A DNA stretch of 64,000 nt from Terriglobia bacterium (GTDB lineage Bacteria > Acidobacteriota > Terriglobia > JAJPHL01 > JAPKYU01): the NCBI GenBank assembly GCA_965223005.1, contig CBDCVK010000010.1:128001-192000 (forward strand), read 5' to 3'. Each line of letters starts with the position of its first letter. Within the stretch, counting starts at the first letter, position 1. The notes under the pieces were generated by a model, which saw nothing but the letters and a program-made list of their open reading frames with translations, ran no database searches and had not been told where the DNA came from. Both the position numbers and the translations under genes were made by a program. This document shows, in pieces, positions 1-10,389 of this stretch.

Positions 1-186
1 GCGCACGTGCATCTCGGACGCCAGTTCCTCGGGCTGAACAGGGAGACCCGACTGGATCGCCGTGTCGGTATAGTCGAGAAATTCCACGCGCCCGTGGCGG
101 TCGAAGCGCTTCACCCGCTGTTCCGCCCAACGGCAGAAGGCGCAATGTCCGTCCACGTAGACCTGAATCTTCACAACAGCCGGCAT
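1..186 (-). CDS. DCC1-like thiol-disulfide oxidoreductase (DUF393), 5' part; runs off the window start
   Basis: Manual translation MPAVVKIQVYVDGHCAFCRWAEQRVKRFDRHGRVEFLD...EMHVR; DxxCxxC motif; not in the ORF track. Confidence 0.8.
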   Translation of the reverse strand, partial: MPAVVKIQVYVDGHCAFCRWAEQRVKRFDRHGRVEFLDYTDTAIQSGLPVQPEELASEMHVR

Positions 187-263
187 GCAAGCCCCGCTCC
201 GGAGGGATCGCTCTGGTCGCCTGGCGCGGGAAGCTTCTCCCGCCCGCATCAAGCCTGGGCCAA

Positions 264-524
264 TCAGGCCTGGGCCAGACGGTTGTACAGCAACGCGAAG
301 ACGGCCCCGCCCACGGTCCCGTCCACAACTCCATACAGCGTGCCCACGATCACCTGACCAAAGCTGGCCGAGGCATTGTAGCCGGGGTAGATCGAGGCCA
401 GCAGGCGGAGAAACTCCTGGCCATAGCTGGGCCAGATGAGGTTTGCGCAACCGGTTAGAAACACTGCCAGCATTCCCCACATAATTCCGGCCGCAATCGC
501 CATACCTTTGACGCTAAGTTTCAT
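264..524 (-). CDS. Small two-TM membrane protein
   Basis: MKLSVKGMAIAAGIMWG...GGAVFALLYNRL; GGAGG RBS upstream of ATG at 524. Confidence 0.75.
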   Translation of the reverse strand: MKLSVKGMAIAAGIMWGMLAVFLTGCANLIWPSYGQEFLRLLASIYPGYNASASFGQVIVGTLYGVVDGTVGGAVFALLYNRLAQA

Positions 525-654
525 AGACGCCTCCAATGGTGCAACTACTAACATTCTACTCCCGGGAAGATGCTGGAGCGCTCGGCCTTGTGCCGGGTAT
601 TTGGGCGAGCCGCCCGCCAGAGGCGGCGCTTCATTCTAGCGTTGATGGAGTTGG

Positions 655-1230
655 CTAGCGTTGATAGAGCTGGATGGTGTGCCGGGTGCCGTGGCCGCGG
701 TCCAACTTCTCGATGCGGGTTGCACGCCAGAGGGGGATGCCGAAGTCGTGGGTGACCACGCGGGCGCCGGGACGCAGTTGCTGTTCGAGCTTTGGCCGCA
801 GGCGAACCAGGGCCTCCGGCAGCAGGTAGAGGGCTACAACATCGGCGTCGCGCAGGTCGGCGTCAAACAGGTTGCCGCGGACCAGCGTGATGCGATCCTC
901 CAGGCCCTGGCGGCGCACATTGTCGCGGGCCAGGGCGAAGACCTCGGCGTCCAGTTCCACCCCCACGCCGCGGGCGCCGTATTTCTGCGCGGCCAGCACC
1001 AGGATGCGGGCATCGCCGCATCCCAAGTCATAGACGGTCTCCTCCGGCTGCACCTCCGCCAGCCGCAGCATGAGGTCGATCACCTCGTCCGAGGAGGACA
1101 AGAACGGCGACACCTGCTCCGGGTTTTCTGGGACGTGCAGCGTGAGCGAGCCGTCCTCCGCCTTGTAGCGGCTCATCACGCCGAGCAACACCAGCACGCC
1201 CACCGTCAACCAGAAGAGCTTGGAGCGCAT
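655..1230 (-). CDS. Class I SAM-dependent methyltransferase with N-terminal signal/anchor
   Basis: VYDLGCGDAR motif I, GVGVELD, VVALYL, VVTHDF; hydrophobic N-terminus from ATG at 1230. Confidence 0.85.
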   Translation of the reverse strand: MRSKLFWLTVGVLVLLGVMSRYKAEDGSLTLHVPENPEQVSPFLSSSDEVIDLMLRLAEVQPEETVYDLGCGDARILVLAAQKYGARGVGVELDAEVFALARDNVRRQGLEDRITLVRGNLFDADLRDADVVALYLLPEALVRLRPKLEQQLRPGARVVTHDFGIPLWRATRIEKLDRGHGTRHTIQLYQR

Positions 1231-1383
1231 CACTAAGCCAGGTCTTGGATCGAGTTTCGACCACCGAGACGCAGAGGAACCGAACACCCTTCTGGAAGAT
1301 TGGCTTTGTGTGTCCTTACGACCTGCGGCAGTTATGCCATCCTGCTCCGTGTCTCCATGTTTCTGTGGCAAGAGCGGCATGAA

Positions 1384-2490
1384 CTAGGCCACGGTGGTCA
1401 CTTCCTGCTTGAGTTTTTCGGCCTGGAAGTGAGTCGTTAGGGCCTCCACCAGCGGCGTTAGCTTGCCGTCCATCACCTGGTCCAGTTGGTGGAGGGTCAG
1501 ACCGATGCGGTGGTCGGTGACGCGGTTCTGGGGAAAGTTGTAGGTGCGGATCTTCTCGCTACGATCACCCGAGCCGACCATGGCCCGGCGCTCCTGCGCC
1601 ACCGCCCGTTGCTGCTTTTCGCGCTCCAGCTCGTAGAGCCGCGCCCGCAACACGCGCATGGCCTTGGCCTTGTTCTTAATCTGCGACTTCTCGTCCTGGC
1701 AGGTCACCACCAGCCCCGTGGGCAGGTGGGTGAGGCGCACTGCGGAGTAGGTGGTGTTCACCGACTGGCCGCCGGGGCCGGAAGAGCAGAAGGTGTCCAC
1801 CCGCAGGTCCTTGGGGTCAATTGCCACCTCCACTTCCTCGGCCTCAGGCAGCACCGCCACCGTGACCGCCGAGGTGTGGACGCGGCCCTGCTGCTCGGTC
1901 TGCGGCACGCGCTGCACCCGGTGCACTCCGCTTTCGTACTTCAGACGGCTATACACGCGCCGCCCTTCGATGACCGCGATGATTTCCTTCAGTCCGCCGA
2001 TGCTGGAGGCGCTGCTGGAGATGACATCCACCTTCCAGCTCTGGGTTTCGGCGAAGCGGGCGTACAGCCGGAAGATTTCGGCGGCAAACAGGCTGGCCTC
2101 GTCGCCGCCGGTGCCGGCGCGGATTTCCACCACCACGTTCTTTTCGTCGTGGGGATCCCTGGGGATCAGCAAAGACTTCAACTGTTGCTCCGCCGCGCCG
2201 ATGCGTTCCTCCAGGTGGCGCAGTTCCTGCTCGGCCAAGGCGCGCATCTCGGGGTCGGCGTCGTCCAGCATGGCGCGAGTACCGGCCACGCCCTGCCGCA
2301 GGCTCTTCCATTCGCGGTACTTCTCGACAACCTCACCCAGCTCCGAGTGCAGGCGAGCCAGCTTCTGGTAGCGTGCCCCGTCGGCCAGCACCGCCGGGTC
2401 AGCTAGCTGCTGGCTGAGATCCTCGTAGCGGGCCTCGATCTGGTCCAGCTTGTCAATCACCGGCTTGTCAACCAATTGTTTCTCGCTCAT
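1384..2490 (-). CDS. prfA: Peptide chain release factor 1
   Basis: GPGGQ motif, [10 protein letters not shown] (PxT of RF1), [15 protein letters not shown]. Confidence 0.97.
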   Translation of the reverse strand: MSEKQLVDKPVIDKLDQIEARYEDLSQQLADPAVLADGARYQKLARLHSELGEVVEKYREWKSLRQGVAGTRAMLDDADPEMRALAEQELRHLEERIGAAEQQLKSLLIPRDPHDEKNVVVEIRAGTGGDEASLFAAEIFRLYARFAETQSWKVDVISSSASSIGGLKEIIAVIEGRRVYSRLKYESGVHRVQRVPQTEQQGRVHTSAVTVAVLPEAEEVEVAIDPKDLRVDTFCSSGPGGQSVNTTYSAVRLTHLPTGLVVTCQDEKSQIKNKAKAMRVLRARLYELEREKQQRAVAQERRAMVGSGDRSEKIRTYNFPQNRVTDHRIGLTLHQLDQVMDGKLTPLVEALTTHFQAEKLKQEVTTVA

Positions 2491-2505
2491 GAAATAACGC
2501 TACCC

Positions 2506-2533
2506 AAACAAAACCCTCCGCCGGGCGGAGGGT
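2506..2533 (-). terminator. Putative intrinsic terminator between the DUF1385 gene and prfA
   Basis: ACCCTCCGC/GCGGAGGGT stem followed on the minus strand by TTTGTTT. Confidence 0.5.
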
Positions 2534-2552
2534 AAGTAGAACTCGGAGCCTG

Positions 2553-3578
2553 CTAGGCGATCACCAGATCGCCGCCGCGCTGCTGCTCCAGCGCCATGGC
2601 TTCCTTCAGCGCGTGGATGGCCACCTCCAGTTGGTCGTCGGCCGGCGGCTTGGTGGTGATTCGCTGGAGCCACAGCCCCGGAGCCACCATCGAGGCCCAC
2701 AACGTCCCCTGCCGCCGCGCCGCGAAGCGGATCAGCTCAAAGCTGACGCCGGCAATCAGTGGCAGTAGCGCAACCCGCACCAGGAAGCGCATTCCGAACG
2801 ACTCCACCGGGATCAGCGTGTAGATGCCCAGGCTGATCAGCATCACCACCACCAGGAAGCTGGTGCCGCAGCGCGGGTGCAGCGTCGTAAAGGCGCGGGC
2901 GTTCGCCACACTGACCGGCTGCTGCGATTCAAAGTTGAACACCACCTTGTGTTCGGCCCCGTGATACTCGAACACCCGCCGGATCTCGCTCCAGCGGGAA
3001 ACCAACAGCAGGAAGGTCAGAAACAGGGCAATGCGGATCAGCCCGTCCACCAGGTTGAACACGAAATGGTTCTCCACCGCCGCAACGTACTGCTGGAGCC
3101 GGGTGGTGAGGAACAGCGGCACAAACTTGTACAGAAGAATGAAAAAGCCCAGGCTAAAGGCCAGATTGGCAGCCATGACCCAGGAGCTGACTTCTGCCTT
3201 GCCTTTTGCCTTGCCGTGCCCGCCTTCGGCGGTGTTTTCCGCTGCGTTTTCGACAGCATTTTCAGACTCCAGGGCGCTGTTGGCGGAGAAGCGCAGCGAA
3301 CGAATGCCCAGCGCCAGCGCCTGCCCCATAGTCCCCAGCCCGCGCAGGACTGGGATCTTCCACAATCGCCGGCGTTCGGAAGGGCGCACCAATGGGCCGG
3401 TCTGTGTGGCTAATTCGCCGGAGGGTTTGCGCACCGCCACGCAGTAGGCGTGCGGTGCGCGCATCATCACGCCCTCGATCACCGCCTGGCCGCCCACCAG
3501 TACTTCCTCGCCGCCTTCCATGGCCGGAAGCAGTTGCAGGCTGGCCGCCAGACGCAGGTTCCGCTTCAGTCGGCTCAT
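2553..3578 (-). CDS. DUF1385 membrane protein
   Basis: VGGQAVIEGVMMR, YHGAEHK, HPRCGTSF, GLWLQRITTKPP motifs; usual neighbour of prfA. Confidence 0.92.
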   Translation of the reverse strand: MSRLKRNLRLAASLQLLPAMEGGEEVLVGGQAVIEGVMMRAPHAYCVAVRKPSGELATQTGPLVRPSERRRLWKIPVLRGLGTMGQALALGIRSLRFSANSALESENAVENAAENTAEGGHGKAKGKAEVSSWVMAANLAFSLGFFILLYKFVPLFLTTRLQQYVAAVENHFVFNLVDGLIRIALFLTFLLLVSRWSEIRRVFEYHGAEHKVVFNFESQQPVSVANARAFTTLHPRCGTSFLVVVMLISLGIYTLIPVESFGMRFLVRVALLPLIAGVSFELIRFAARRQGTLWASMVAPGLWLQRITTKPPADDQLEVAIHALKEAMALEQQRGGDLVIA

Positions 3579-3694
3579 CTTCTTGATTATACCTGAAAGC
3601 GCCGTGGCGCTATAATACGCCCGCCGTCTACTCCAGGCGAACGTGAGGAAGCCGCCCACGAGGAGAGTTACGGAATCAAGACAAGGAGCGCCCC

Positions 3695-4009
3695 ATGCCC
3701 GATGATGTATTCTCTGGAGCACGCAGAGATCAAGAAAAGTACTTCTACGAGCGCGACCGAGAATTGGTTGAGAAGCTGCGCGCCAAAGCTGAAGCCGAGC
3801 GGCGCGAGATGGAACGTAAGCACCGAAAGGAAACCCACTGGATGAAGTGCCCCAAGTGCGGTCACGACCTGGAGGAGACCCAAATGGGGCCGCTGTTGGT
3901 GGACAAGTGCAAAGACTGCGGCGGCGTCTTCTTCGATGCCGGCGAGCTGGACTTGTTGCTGGCCGCGGAGAAGGATACTTCTATCCTGCGCCGAATCTTC
4001 CGGCGCTAG
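3695..4009 (+). CDS. zf-TFIIB-type zinc-ribbon protein
   Basis: MKCPKCG...VDKCKDCGGVFFDAGEL; AGGAG RBS. Confidence 0.85.
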   Translation: MPDDVFSGARRDQEKYFYERDRELVEKLRAKAEAERREMERKHRKETHWMKCPKCGHDLEETQMGPLLVDKCKDCGGVFFDAGELDLLLAAEKDTSILRRIFRR

Positions 4010-4018
4010 CACACGGCG

Positions 4019-4120
4019 TGTCATTCCGAGGGCCGCCGCTGTTTGTCGGCCCGAGGAATCTGCTTGTTCAGCAAACCATTGCCATGGAAAAGCAGATTCC
4101 TCGCTTCGCTCGGAATGACA
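4019..4120. repeat. Palindromic REP/MITE-like element (TGTCATTCCGAG...CTCGGAATGACA)
   Basis: 12-bp terminal inverted repeat plus inner CGAGGAATCTGCTT/AAGCAGATTCCTCG inverted repeat; half copy at 22199-22232. Confidence 0.8.
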
Positions 4121-4163
4121 AGGGAGCGACCTTTTCAGCACCCTTGGAAAACCACCTTTGCTC

Positions 4164-5813
4164 ATGACCGCTTCTTGGACGCAGGTCTATTACCCCTGGG
4201 GCCCGGGGTTGTGGCCCCTTTCCACACTGGCGGCCGCGCTGCCGGTGCTGGTGTTGTTTACCTTCCTGCTGAAACACGCCCGGCCGCACATCGCCGCTAT
4301 CGCCGGCGCGGTGACGGCGCTGATTTGTTCGATGGCGCTGTTTGGGATGCCGCCGCAGCTGGCGCTGGCGTCCTTCAGCTTCGGAGGCGCCTTCGGTCTG
4401 CTGCGCATCTGCTGGATCGTACTGAATGCCGTATTCCTCTACGACATTGCGGTGGCCAGCGGGCAGTTCGACGTCATGCGCGCTTCGGTGGGCTCCATCT
4501 CCGCCGACCGACGCCTCCAGGCGTTGCTGATTGCTTTCAGCTTCGGGGCGTTCATCGAGGGCGCCGCCGGCTTCGGCGCTCCGGTAGCCATTTCGGCGGC
4601 AATGATGGCTGGCCTGGGGTTCAACCCGTTTAAGGCGGCAGCCCTGTGCCTGATCGCCAACACCGCGCCGGTGGCCTTCGGCGCCCTGGGCACCCCGGTC
4701 CACACGCTGGCGCTGGTGAGCGGGCTGAACGAGAGCGACCTGTCGGCCATGAACGCGCGCATTTTGCCGCTGGTTTCCCCCATCGTCGCCTTCTGGCTGG
4801 TGCGCGCTATGGTGCCCTGGAAGCAAACCTTCCAGGTGCTGCCCGGCATTCTGGTCACCGGCCTCAGCTTCGGGGTCGTGCAGTTCTACTGGGGTAACTA
4901 TCAGGACAGCAACCTGGTGGACATCATGGCCGGAATTGCGGCACTGCTGGCCACCGTCGTCTTTCTCCGCTTCTGGCAGCCCAAGGAAATCTGGCGCTTC
5001 CCCGAGGAACACGGAACGGCCGTGGTCGGCCATGACTACACCCGCAAGCAGGTGCTGAAGGCCTGGATGCCCTTTGCCATCCTGACTCTTTTCGTGCTTC
5101 TGTGGGGCTTCATCCAGCGCCCGCTGGACAGCTACACACGAATTGACTTTCAGTTTCCCGTGCTGCACAACGCCGTGTGGCGGGACGCGCCGGCGGTGCC
5201 GGAAAAAACGCCGGAGGCGGCCGTCTACCGGTTTGCCTGGCTGTCGGCCACCGGCACGGCGGCTTTCTTCTCGGCCGTTTTATCCGGGCTGCTGCTGGGG
5301 ATGAGCCCGAGGCGCATCTTCCAAATTTTTGGGCACACGGTCTACCGCATGCGCTTTGCCCTCACGGCCATCTTCTTCATGCTGGGACTGGCCTACGTGA
5401 CCCGTTACTCCGGCATGGATGTCGTGCTGGGCCTGGCTTTCACCCGCACTGGCGCGGTCTACCCGTTTTTCGCGGCGTTCCTAGGGTGGCTGGGTGTGGC
5501 GCTGACAGGCAGCGACACCTCCTCCAATGCCTTGTTCGGCAGCCTGCAGCGCATCACCGCCGAGCAGCTCAGCTTGGACCCCATCCTGATCACCTCAGCC
5601 AACAGCACCGGGGGCGTGATGGGCAAGATGATTGACGCGCAGAGTATCGTGGTGGCGGCGGCGGCCACCAACATCGTCGGGCGGGAGGGAGAGCTGCTGC
5701 GCTACGTCTTCTGGACCAGCGTGGCGCTGGCCTCCGTGGTCGGCGTGATCATCATGCTCTACGCCTACGTCTTCCCGCAGTTCGTCCCCCATGGCCTCAC
5801 CTTCATGCAATAG
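4164..5813 (+). CDS. lctP: L-lactate permease
   Basis: FIEGAAGFGAP, ANTAPVAFGALG, LTGSDTSSNALFG, GKMIDAQS motifs; many TM segments. Confidence 0.93.
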   Translation: MTASWTQVYYPWGPGLWPLSTLAAALPVLVLFTFLLKHARPHIAAIAGAVTALICSMALFGMPPQLALASFSFGGAFGLLRICWIVLNAVFLYDIAVASGQFDVMRASVGSISADRRLQALLIAFSFGAFIEGAAGFGAPVAISAAMMAGLGFNPFKAAALCLIANTAPVAFGALGTPVHTLALVSGLNESDLSAMNARILPLVSPIVAFWLVRAMVPWKQTFQVLPGILVTGLSFGVVQFYWGNYQDSNLVDIMAGIAALLATVVFLRFWQPKEIWRFPEEHGTAVVGHDYTRKQVLKAWMPFAILTLFVLLWGFIQRPLDSYTRIDFQFPVLHNAVWRDAPAVPEKTPEAAVYRFAWLSATGTAAFFSAVLSGLLLGMSPRRIFQIFGHTVYRMRFALTAIFFMLGLAYVTRYSGMDVVLGLAFTRTGAVYPFFAAFLGWLGVALTGSDTSSNALFGSLQRITAEQLSLDPILITSANSTGGVMGKMIDAQSIVVAAAATNIVGREGELLRYVFWTSVALASVVGVIIMLYAYVFPQFVPHGLTFMQ

Positions 5814-5963
5814 AGTCGGTGGAGAACCTCCAGCGAAATCAGGCAGAGCACACTGGCGTACAGCAAACGTACCGCGCGGCTGTAGCTCTGTTCCAGGTAG
5901 CCGTAGTTGGTCACGGCAATCTCGGATTGCGAATTTCGGAATGCGGATCGCCGGTTGTTTCTC

Positions 5964-7069
5964 TCACAAATCGGAACAGGCTGGATAGCCCGGAATCCCC
6001 TTGGCGTGCAGGATGGCGGAGACTACCGCCGCGGCGACGACCTCGGCGGCCAGCGCTCCAACGATGCCCTGCGGGCCGGCCCCGAGGAAACTGGGCGCGC
6101 GCCCCGCGGCCAGTTTCAGCTTTCCGGTGGCCACAGCAAACAAGGTGTCTCCGTCAGCCGGCGTGTGCACCGGTTGGATAGCCCGCGCCAGCCCGTCGTG
6201 CGCCATCTGCGCCACCTTGTTGGCTTCAGCCTTGGTGAGCGGCGCATTGGTAGCCACCACGCCGATGGTAGTGTTCTGTTTCTGCTTCCGGGAGCTCGGT
6301 TTAAAGGAAGGCAGTTTTCCCTTGCGCAGCAGGGCCATCACGTCAGCCAGCCGCTTGCCGTCGGCGGTCCGCGCGCCCGCCAGCAGCTTGCCACGCCGGT
6401 AGTCGAAAATATCGCCAACCGCATTCACAGCCACCAGCGCCGCCACCACCAGCCCGCCCGGCAGTCGCAAGCTGGCGGTGCCAAGGCCGCCTTTCATGGC
6501 GCGCTCACGTCCCAGTAGCTTGCCGACGGTCGCCCCGGCTCCGGCACCCACATTCCCCTGCTCGAGCTTGGTCCGTGGACCGCCTCGGGCAGCCTTGCAG
6601 GCTTTGTAGCCGGACTCGGTGCTAGGCCGAATGGCGCTGTCGCCTACCAGCAGGTCAAACAGAATCGCGGCCGGGACAATGGGAACCCGAACGCGACCCA
6701 CTCGATACCCGATGCCCTTCTCTTCCAAGTAGCGCATCACCCCGTCGGCCGCGGCCAGGCCGAACGCGCTACCGCCGGAGAGTACCAGGGCATGTACCTG
6801 TGACACCGTATTGACGGAATTCAGCAGGTCGGTCTCGCGCGTACCGGGCGCCCCTCCCCGAACATCCACGCCGGCGACTGCTCCCTCTTCGCACAATACG
6901 ACGGTGCAGCCGGTGGGACGCCGGCGGTGAGTAAAGTGGCCCACCTTGATGCCTTCTACATCGGTCAGCGAGCCGTTGGGTTCCCATCCCTCCAGGTCCT
7001 GCCCCGTCGCGCAACCACTGGAAACCGGCATGCCCAAGAGCGGCGCCGCTAGGAATCCCCGTCGTTCAC
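5964..7069 (-). CDS. P1/S58 (DmpA-like) peptidase; probable Tat signal separated by a 1-nt frameshift near 7065
   Basis: LTDVEGIKVGH, GVDVRGGAPGTRET, LSGGSAFGL, NTTIGVVATNA, DGDTLFA; RRGFL just downstream of an out-of-frame GTG with AGGAG RBS. Confidence 0.88.
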
Positions 7070-7249
7070 GTCGTCTCCTGTTTTCCCTCTCCTTCTTTCT
7101 GTCGGACGCTTACTCTCTTCCACCATCATAGCCCTCCGCTAAGGAGAATTTTGCTGCCGATCGACCAAGGTGGCCCCCCGGCACGATCTAGGAAACTGCG
7201 GCGCCTCGTCGCTCCTGGTGGTGTATTATGAAATGAGGAAGTGGTATTG

Positions 7250-8245
7250 ATGCCTGATGAACAATTGAAGATCGCGGTATTTGTTGATTTCGACAACGTC
7301 CAGATTGGAGTGCGCGACACCCTGAAGCAAGAGTTCGACGTTGCCGCCGTGCTGGAGGCCCTCAAGGAACGAGGCGAGGTGGTCAGCAAGATCGCCTACG
7401 GCGACTGGAAGCGCCACGGAAACGCCAGCCGCAAGATGAGCGAGCAGGCGGTGCAGATGGTGCAGCGGGACCCCACACCACGCGGAGACAAGAACGGGGC
7501 CGACATCAACCTGGCCCTGGACGCTCTGGAAATGGCTTTTACCCGACCCCACATCAACGCCTACGCGATTGTGGGCGGCGACAGCGACTTCGTTGCCCTG
7601 GTGGAGAAGCTGAAGCAATACAACAAGGCGGTGTTCGTGGTTGGAGGGCGGGGCTTTACCAGCTCCATCCTGCAGAGAAACTGCCGGGAGTTCCTCAGCT
7701 TCGAGAACCTACTGCATCAGCCGGCGCCGTCGCGCCGAGCTTCGGTTCCCCGGCAGCCCGCCCGCCGCGGCGCGTCACTCTCGCTCGAGAACGCGCGGCC
7801 GCTACTGGAGCGGGCCCTCAACGTGCTGGCTGAACGAGAGCACCGGCCGTTGCTGGGTCTGGTCAAGAGCACCATGTTGCAGCTCGATTCCACTTTCAGC
7901 GAGCGTGACTACGCGTCCGGCTCCTTCCTGGACCTCATGCAGAAGATGGCTCAGGCCGGTTTCGTGCAACTGGACCGGGTGGACTCAAATTACGCGGTGA
8001 AGCTGCCAGAACAGATACTCTCCCCGCTGCCGGCGTCCTTGCTCCAACCACACGCGCCCGAAGCGGAAGCGCCCACTGACGGTGGAGCCACTTCCGCAGG
8101 CGATGCCCGCACACCGGCTGCAGATCACGAGCCCCCTGCCATTACCAAAGCAACTCCTTCCCGAAGTGGGACCGGGCGCCGCCGCCGACGTTCGTCGGGC
8201 GGCCGCAGGCGACCTTCTGCTACCCCTGGCGACCAGCCCCAGTGA
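7250..8245 (+). CDS. NYN-domain (LabA/DUF88) protein with C-terminal LOTUS/OST-HTH
   Basis: IAVFVDFDN, KNGADINLALDA, GGDSDF; DSTFSERDY..SFLDL LOTUS-like segment. Confidence 0.88.
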   Translation: MPDEQLKIAVFVDFDNVQIGVRDTLKQEFDVAAVLEALKERGEVVSKIAYGDWKRHGNASRKMSEQAVQMVQRDPTPRGDKNGADINLALDALEMAFTRPHINAYAIVGGDSDFVALVEKLKQYNKAVFVVGGRGFTSSILQRNCREFLSFENLLHQPAPSRRASVPRQPARRGASLSLENARPLLERALNVLAEREHRPLLGLVKSTMLQLDSTFSERDYASGSFLDLMQKMAQAGFVQLDRVDSNYAVKLPEQILSPLPASLLQPHAPEAEAPTDGGATSAGDARTPAADHEPPAITKATPSRSGTGRRRRRSSGGRRRPSATPGDQPQ

Positions 8246-8281
8246 GCTGCGCCAACTCGGCTGAGCTATCGTGAGCGTCGC

Positions 8282-8836
8282 CTACGGCTGCGTCTCCGGC
8301 TTCACCGGAAACTGTTGGTTATAGACCGCAAGGATCTCGTTGGTGAGGTCCACACCAGGCCCGGCATAGATGGCTCCCGCGGTGGCGCGGTCAAGAATCG
8401 CCATGAATTGCTTTTCCTCCCCGTATTTTCCCACCACCTCCACCAACCGCCCTCGCAAGCGTCCCAGGCCCTCCTCGCGCGCCGCGTTCAGATCGTAGTT
8501 GAGGTCTTCATTGAGGCGCTCTGCCTCTTTCTGCTTCCGCTGGATTTCCAGGGTGCGCTGCTGCCGCTCCGCGCCGGAAACCGCGGTCTGCCTCTGCTGG
8601 AATTCCGATTGCAGTTTGTTCATCTCGGCGGCCAGATCTTGTATCTTCTTTTGCCGCGGCCCGAACTTTCGCCCCAGCTCGGCCTGGAATGCTTTGCCTT
8701 CCTCGCTGTCGGCCAACACTCGAGTGCTCTCGACCAGGCCCAGCTTGCCACTCACCGCCGGTGCCGGAGCCGGGGCCTGACCCACCGCCAGCCAAGTCAC
8801 CAGCAGCAACATCATCGTTAGCGGCACTGCTCTCAT
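8282..8836 (-). CDS. OmpH/Skp-family periplasmic chaperone
   Basis: Signal peptide, coiled-coil core, C-terminal ILD...IYA...DLTNEIL. Confidence 0.85.
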   Translation of the reverse strand: MRAVPLTMMLLLVTWLAVGQAPAPAPAVSGKLGLVESTRVLADSEEGKAFQAELGRKFGPRQKKIQDLAAEMNKLQSEFQQRQTAVSGAERQQRTLEIQRKQKEAERLNEDLNYDLNAAREEGLGRLRGRLVEVVGKYGEEKQFMAILDRATAGAIYAGPGVDLTNEILAVYNQQFPVKPETQP

Positions 8837-9019
8837 CAGCCTCTCCTCCGGCGCCGGAGCGCCTTGTAGGTTTTTCTGTCCCTTCTACCATATAAGAAAA
8901 CAGCGGCTTCGGCCAAGAGGAGCTTTGACCAAGAGGAGCTTCGGTCTGCTGTGCTCTGTCAGAAACAGGCAAAGGAGCAGTAGCGCATCGCAGGGCTCCT
9001 GGCTTACCCTGGAACCTCT

Positions 9020-9907
9020 ATGGCGCCCCCGAAAATTCGCAAGGCGGTCTTTCCGGTGGCCGGCCTCGGAACGCGATTCCTGCCAGCCACAAAAGCGCAG
9101 CCCAAAGAGATGTTGCCGCTGGTGGACAAACCCATCATTCAATACGTGGTCGAGGAAGCGTACCACTCGGGCCTGGACACCATGGTCCTGGTGACCGGGC
9201 GAGGCAAGGCTGCCATCGAAGACCACTTCGACGTCTCCTATGAACTGGAGAAAACTCTGGAGGAACGGGGAAAGCTTGATCTGCTGGCTCTGGTTCGCCA
9301 GATCTCCGACATGATCCACATCTCCTACGTGCGGCAGAAGGAGGCGCTAGGCCTGGGCCACGCCGTCCTGATGGCCCGCGAGTTAGTGGGCCAGGAGCCG
9401 TTCGCCGTGCTGCTGGGCGACGACATCATCGACGCCTCGGTGCCTTGCCTGCGGCAGATGCTGGACGTCTACGACCGCTGCGGGGAGTCCATTGTGGGAG
9501 TTTACGAGGTGCCCGGCCCGGCCATTTCCGCCTATGGGGTGATCGCAGGGTCCCCAGCGGCACAGGAAAGCAACGACCGGCTCTACCAAGTCAGCGACCT
9601 GGTGGAAAAGCCTCCTCCAGACCGCACACCATCTCATCTGGCCATCATCGGCCGCTACATCCTGACCCCGGAAATCTTCGACGAACTGGAGGGAACGCAG
9701 CCGGGCAGCGGAGGGGAAATCCAGTTGACCGACGGCTTGCGCGGCCTGCTCCGCCGAGGCCGGAAAGTTCACGGCTACCGCTTCGAAGGCCGCCGGTACG
9801 ACGCCGGCGACAAGCTTGGCTTCCTGGTCGCCACTGTCGAGTTTGCTCTAAAGCGCGAAGGGCTGGGAGATGAGTTCCGCGAATACCTGAAGGGATTGCG
9901 TCTCTAG
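9020..9907 (+). CDS. galU: UTP--glucose-1-phosphate uridylyltransferase
   Basis: KAVFPVAGLGTRFLPATKAQPKEMLP, VEKP, GEIQLTD. Confidence 0.97.
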   Translation: MAPPKIRKAVFPVAGLGTRFLPATKAQPKEMLPLVDKPIIQYVVEEAYHSGLDTMVLVTGRGKAAIEDHFDVSYELEKTLEERGKLDLLALVRQISDMIHISYVRQKEALGLGHAVLMARELVGQEPFAVLLGDDIIDASVPCLRQMLDVYDRCGESIVGVYEVPGPAISAYGVIAGSPAAQESNDRLYQVSDLVEKPPPDRTPSHLAIIGRYILTPEIFDELEGTQPGSGGEIQLTDGLRGLLRRGRKVHGYRFEGRRYDAGDKLGFLVATVEFALKREGLGDEFREYLKGLRL

Positions 9908-10389
9908 ACACCGCGCCGGCGCCACCAGGCTCGAATGCGTGCCAAGTGGTCCGCCTCGTGCGTCCAGGCAAACTCCGGCAGCCAGGCGGTCGCCGGATAG
10001 CGGTGTGAGGGGTCATCGAGCGTGGCGGGCGGCAGGCGGAGTAACGCCTGCACCAAGCTGGCGCGGACGCGCCCGGCGCGCCGCAAAAGCTCGGCCCAGG
10101 ACCAGCGCCGGGCTTGCCGCACAACGCGGGAATTGAAGCGGTCGGCCTCCACCATATCGTCATAGAAATGGATGCGGTCGCCGCGGCCGCGCCGGATCAG
10201 CTCCAGCCGCCGGGCCCCTTCTTCCTCCCAGGCCACAATGTGCGCGAAGGTGTCCTTCACCGACCACTGGCCCTGGGTGCGCGGCTCCAGGATAGAGCGC
10301 TCGGGAAGGCTCTGGAAGAACCGCAGGCTGGCGGCTCGCGAGCGCTCCATGCGCCGGACTGCCTGCTGACGCCAAGCGACAAGCCGCAC
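9904..10389 (-). CDS. DinB/ClbS-like four-helix-bundle protein
   Basis: WSVKDTFAHIVAWE and C-terminal HEADH; start uncertain. Confidence 0.8.
   Translation of the reverse strand: MRLVAWRQQAVRRMERSRAASLRFFQSLPERSILEPRTQGQWSVKDTFAHIVAWEEEGARRLELIRRGRGDRIHFYDDMVEADRFNSRVVRQARRWSWAELLRRAGRVRASLVQALLRLPPATLDDPSHRYPATAWLPEFAWTHEADHLARIRAWWRRRGV

Noticed and set aside
264-524. Holin / prophage marker
   Set aside because: Resembles small membrane proteins sometimes labelled holins, but there are no phage genes nearby.
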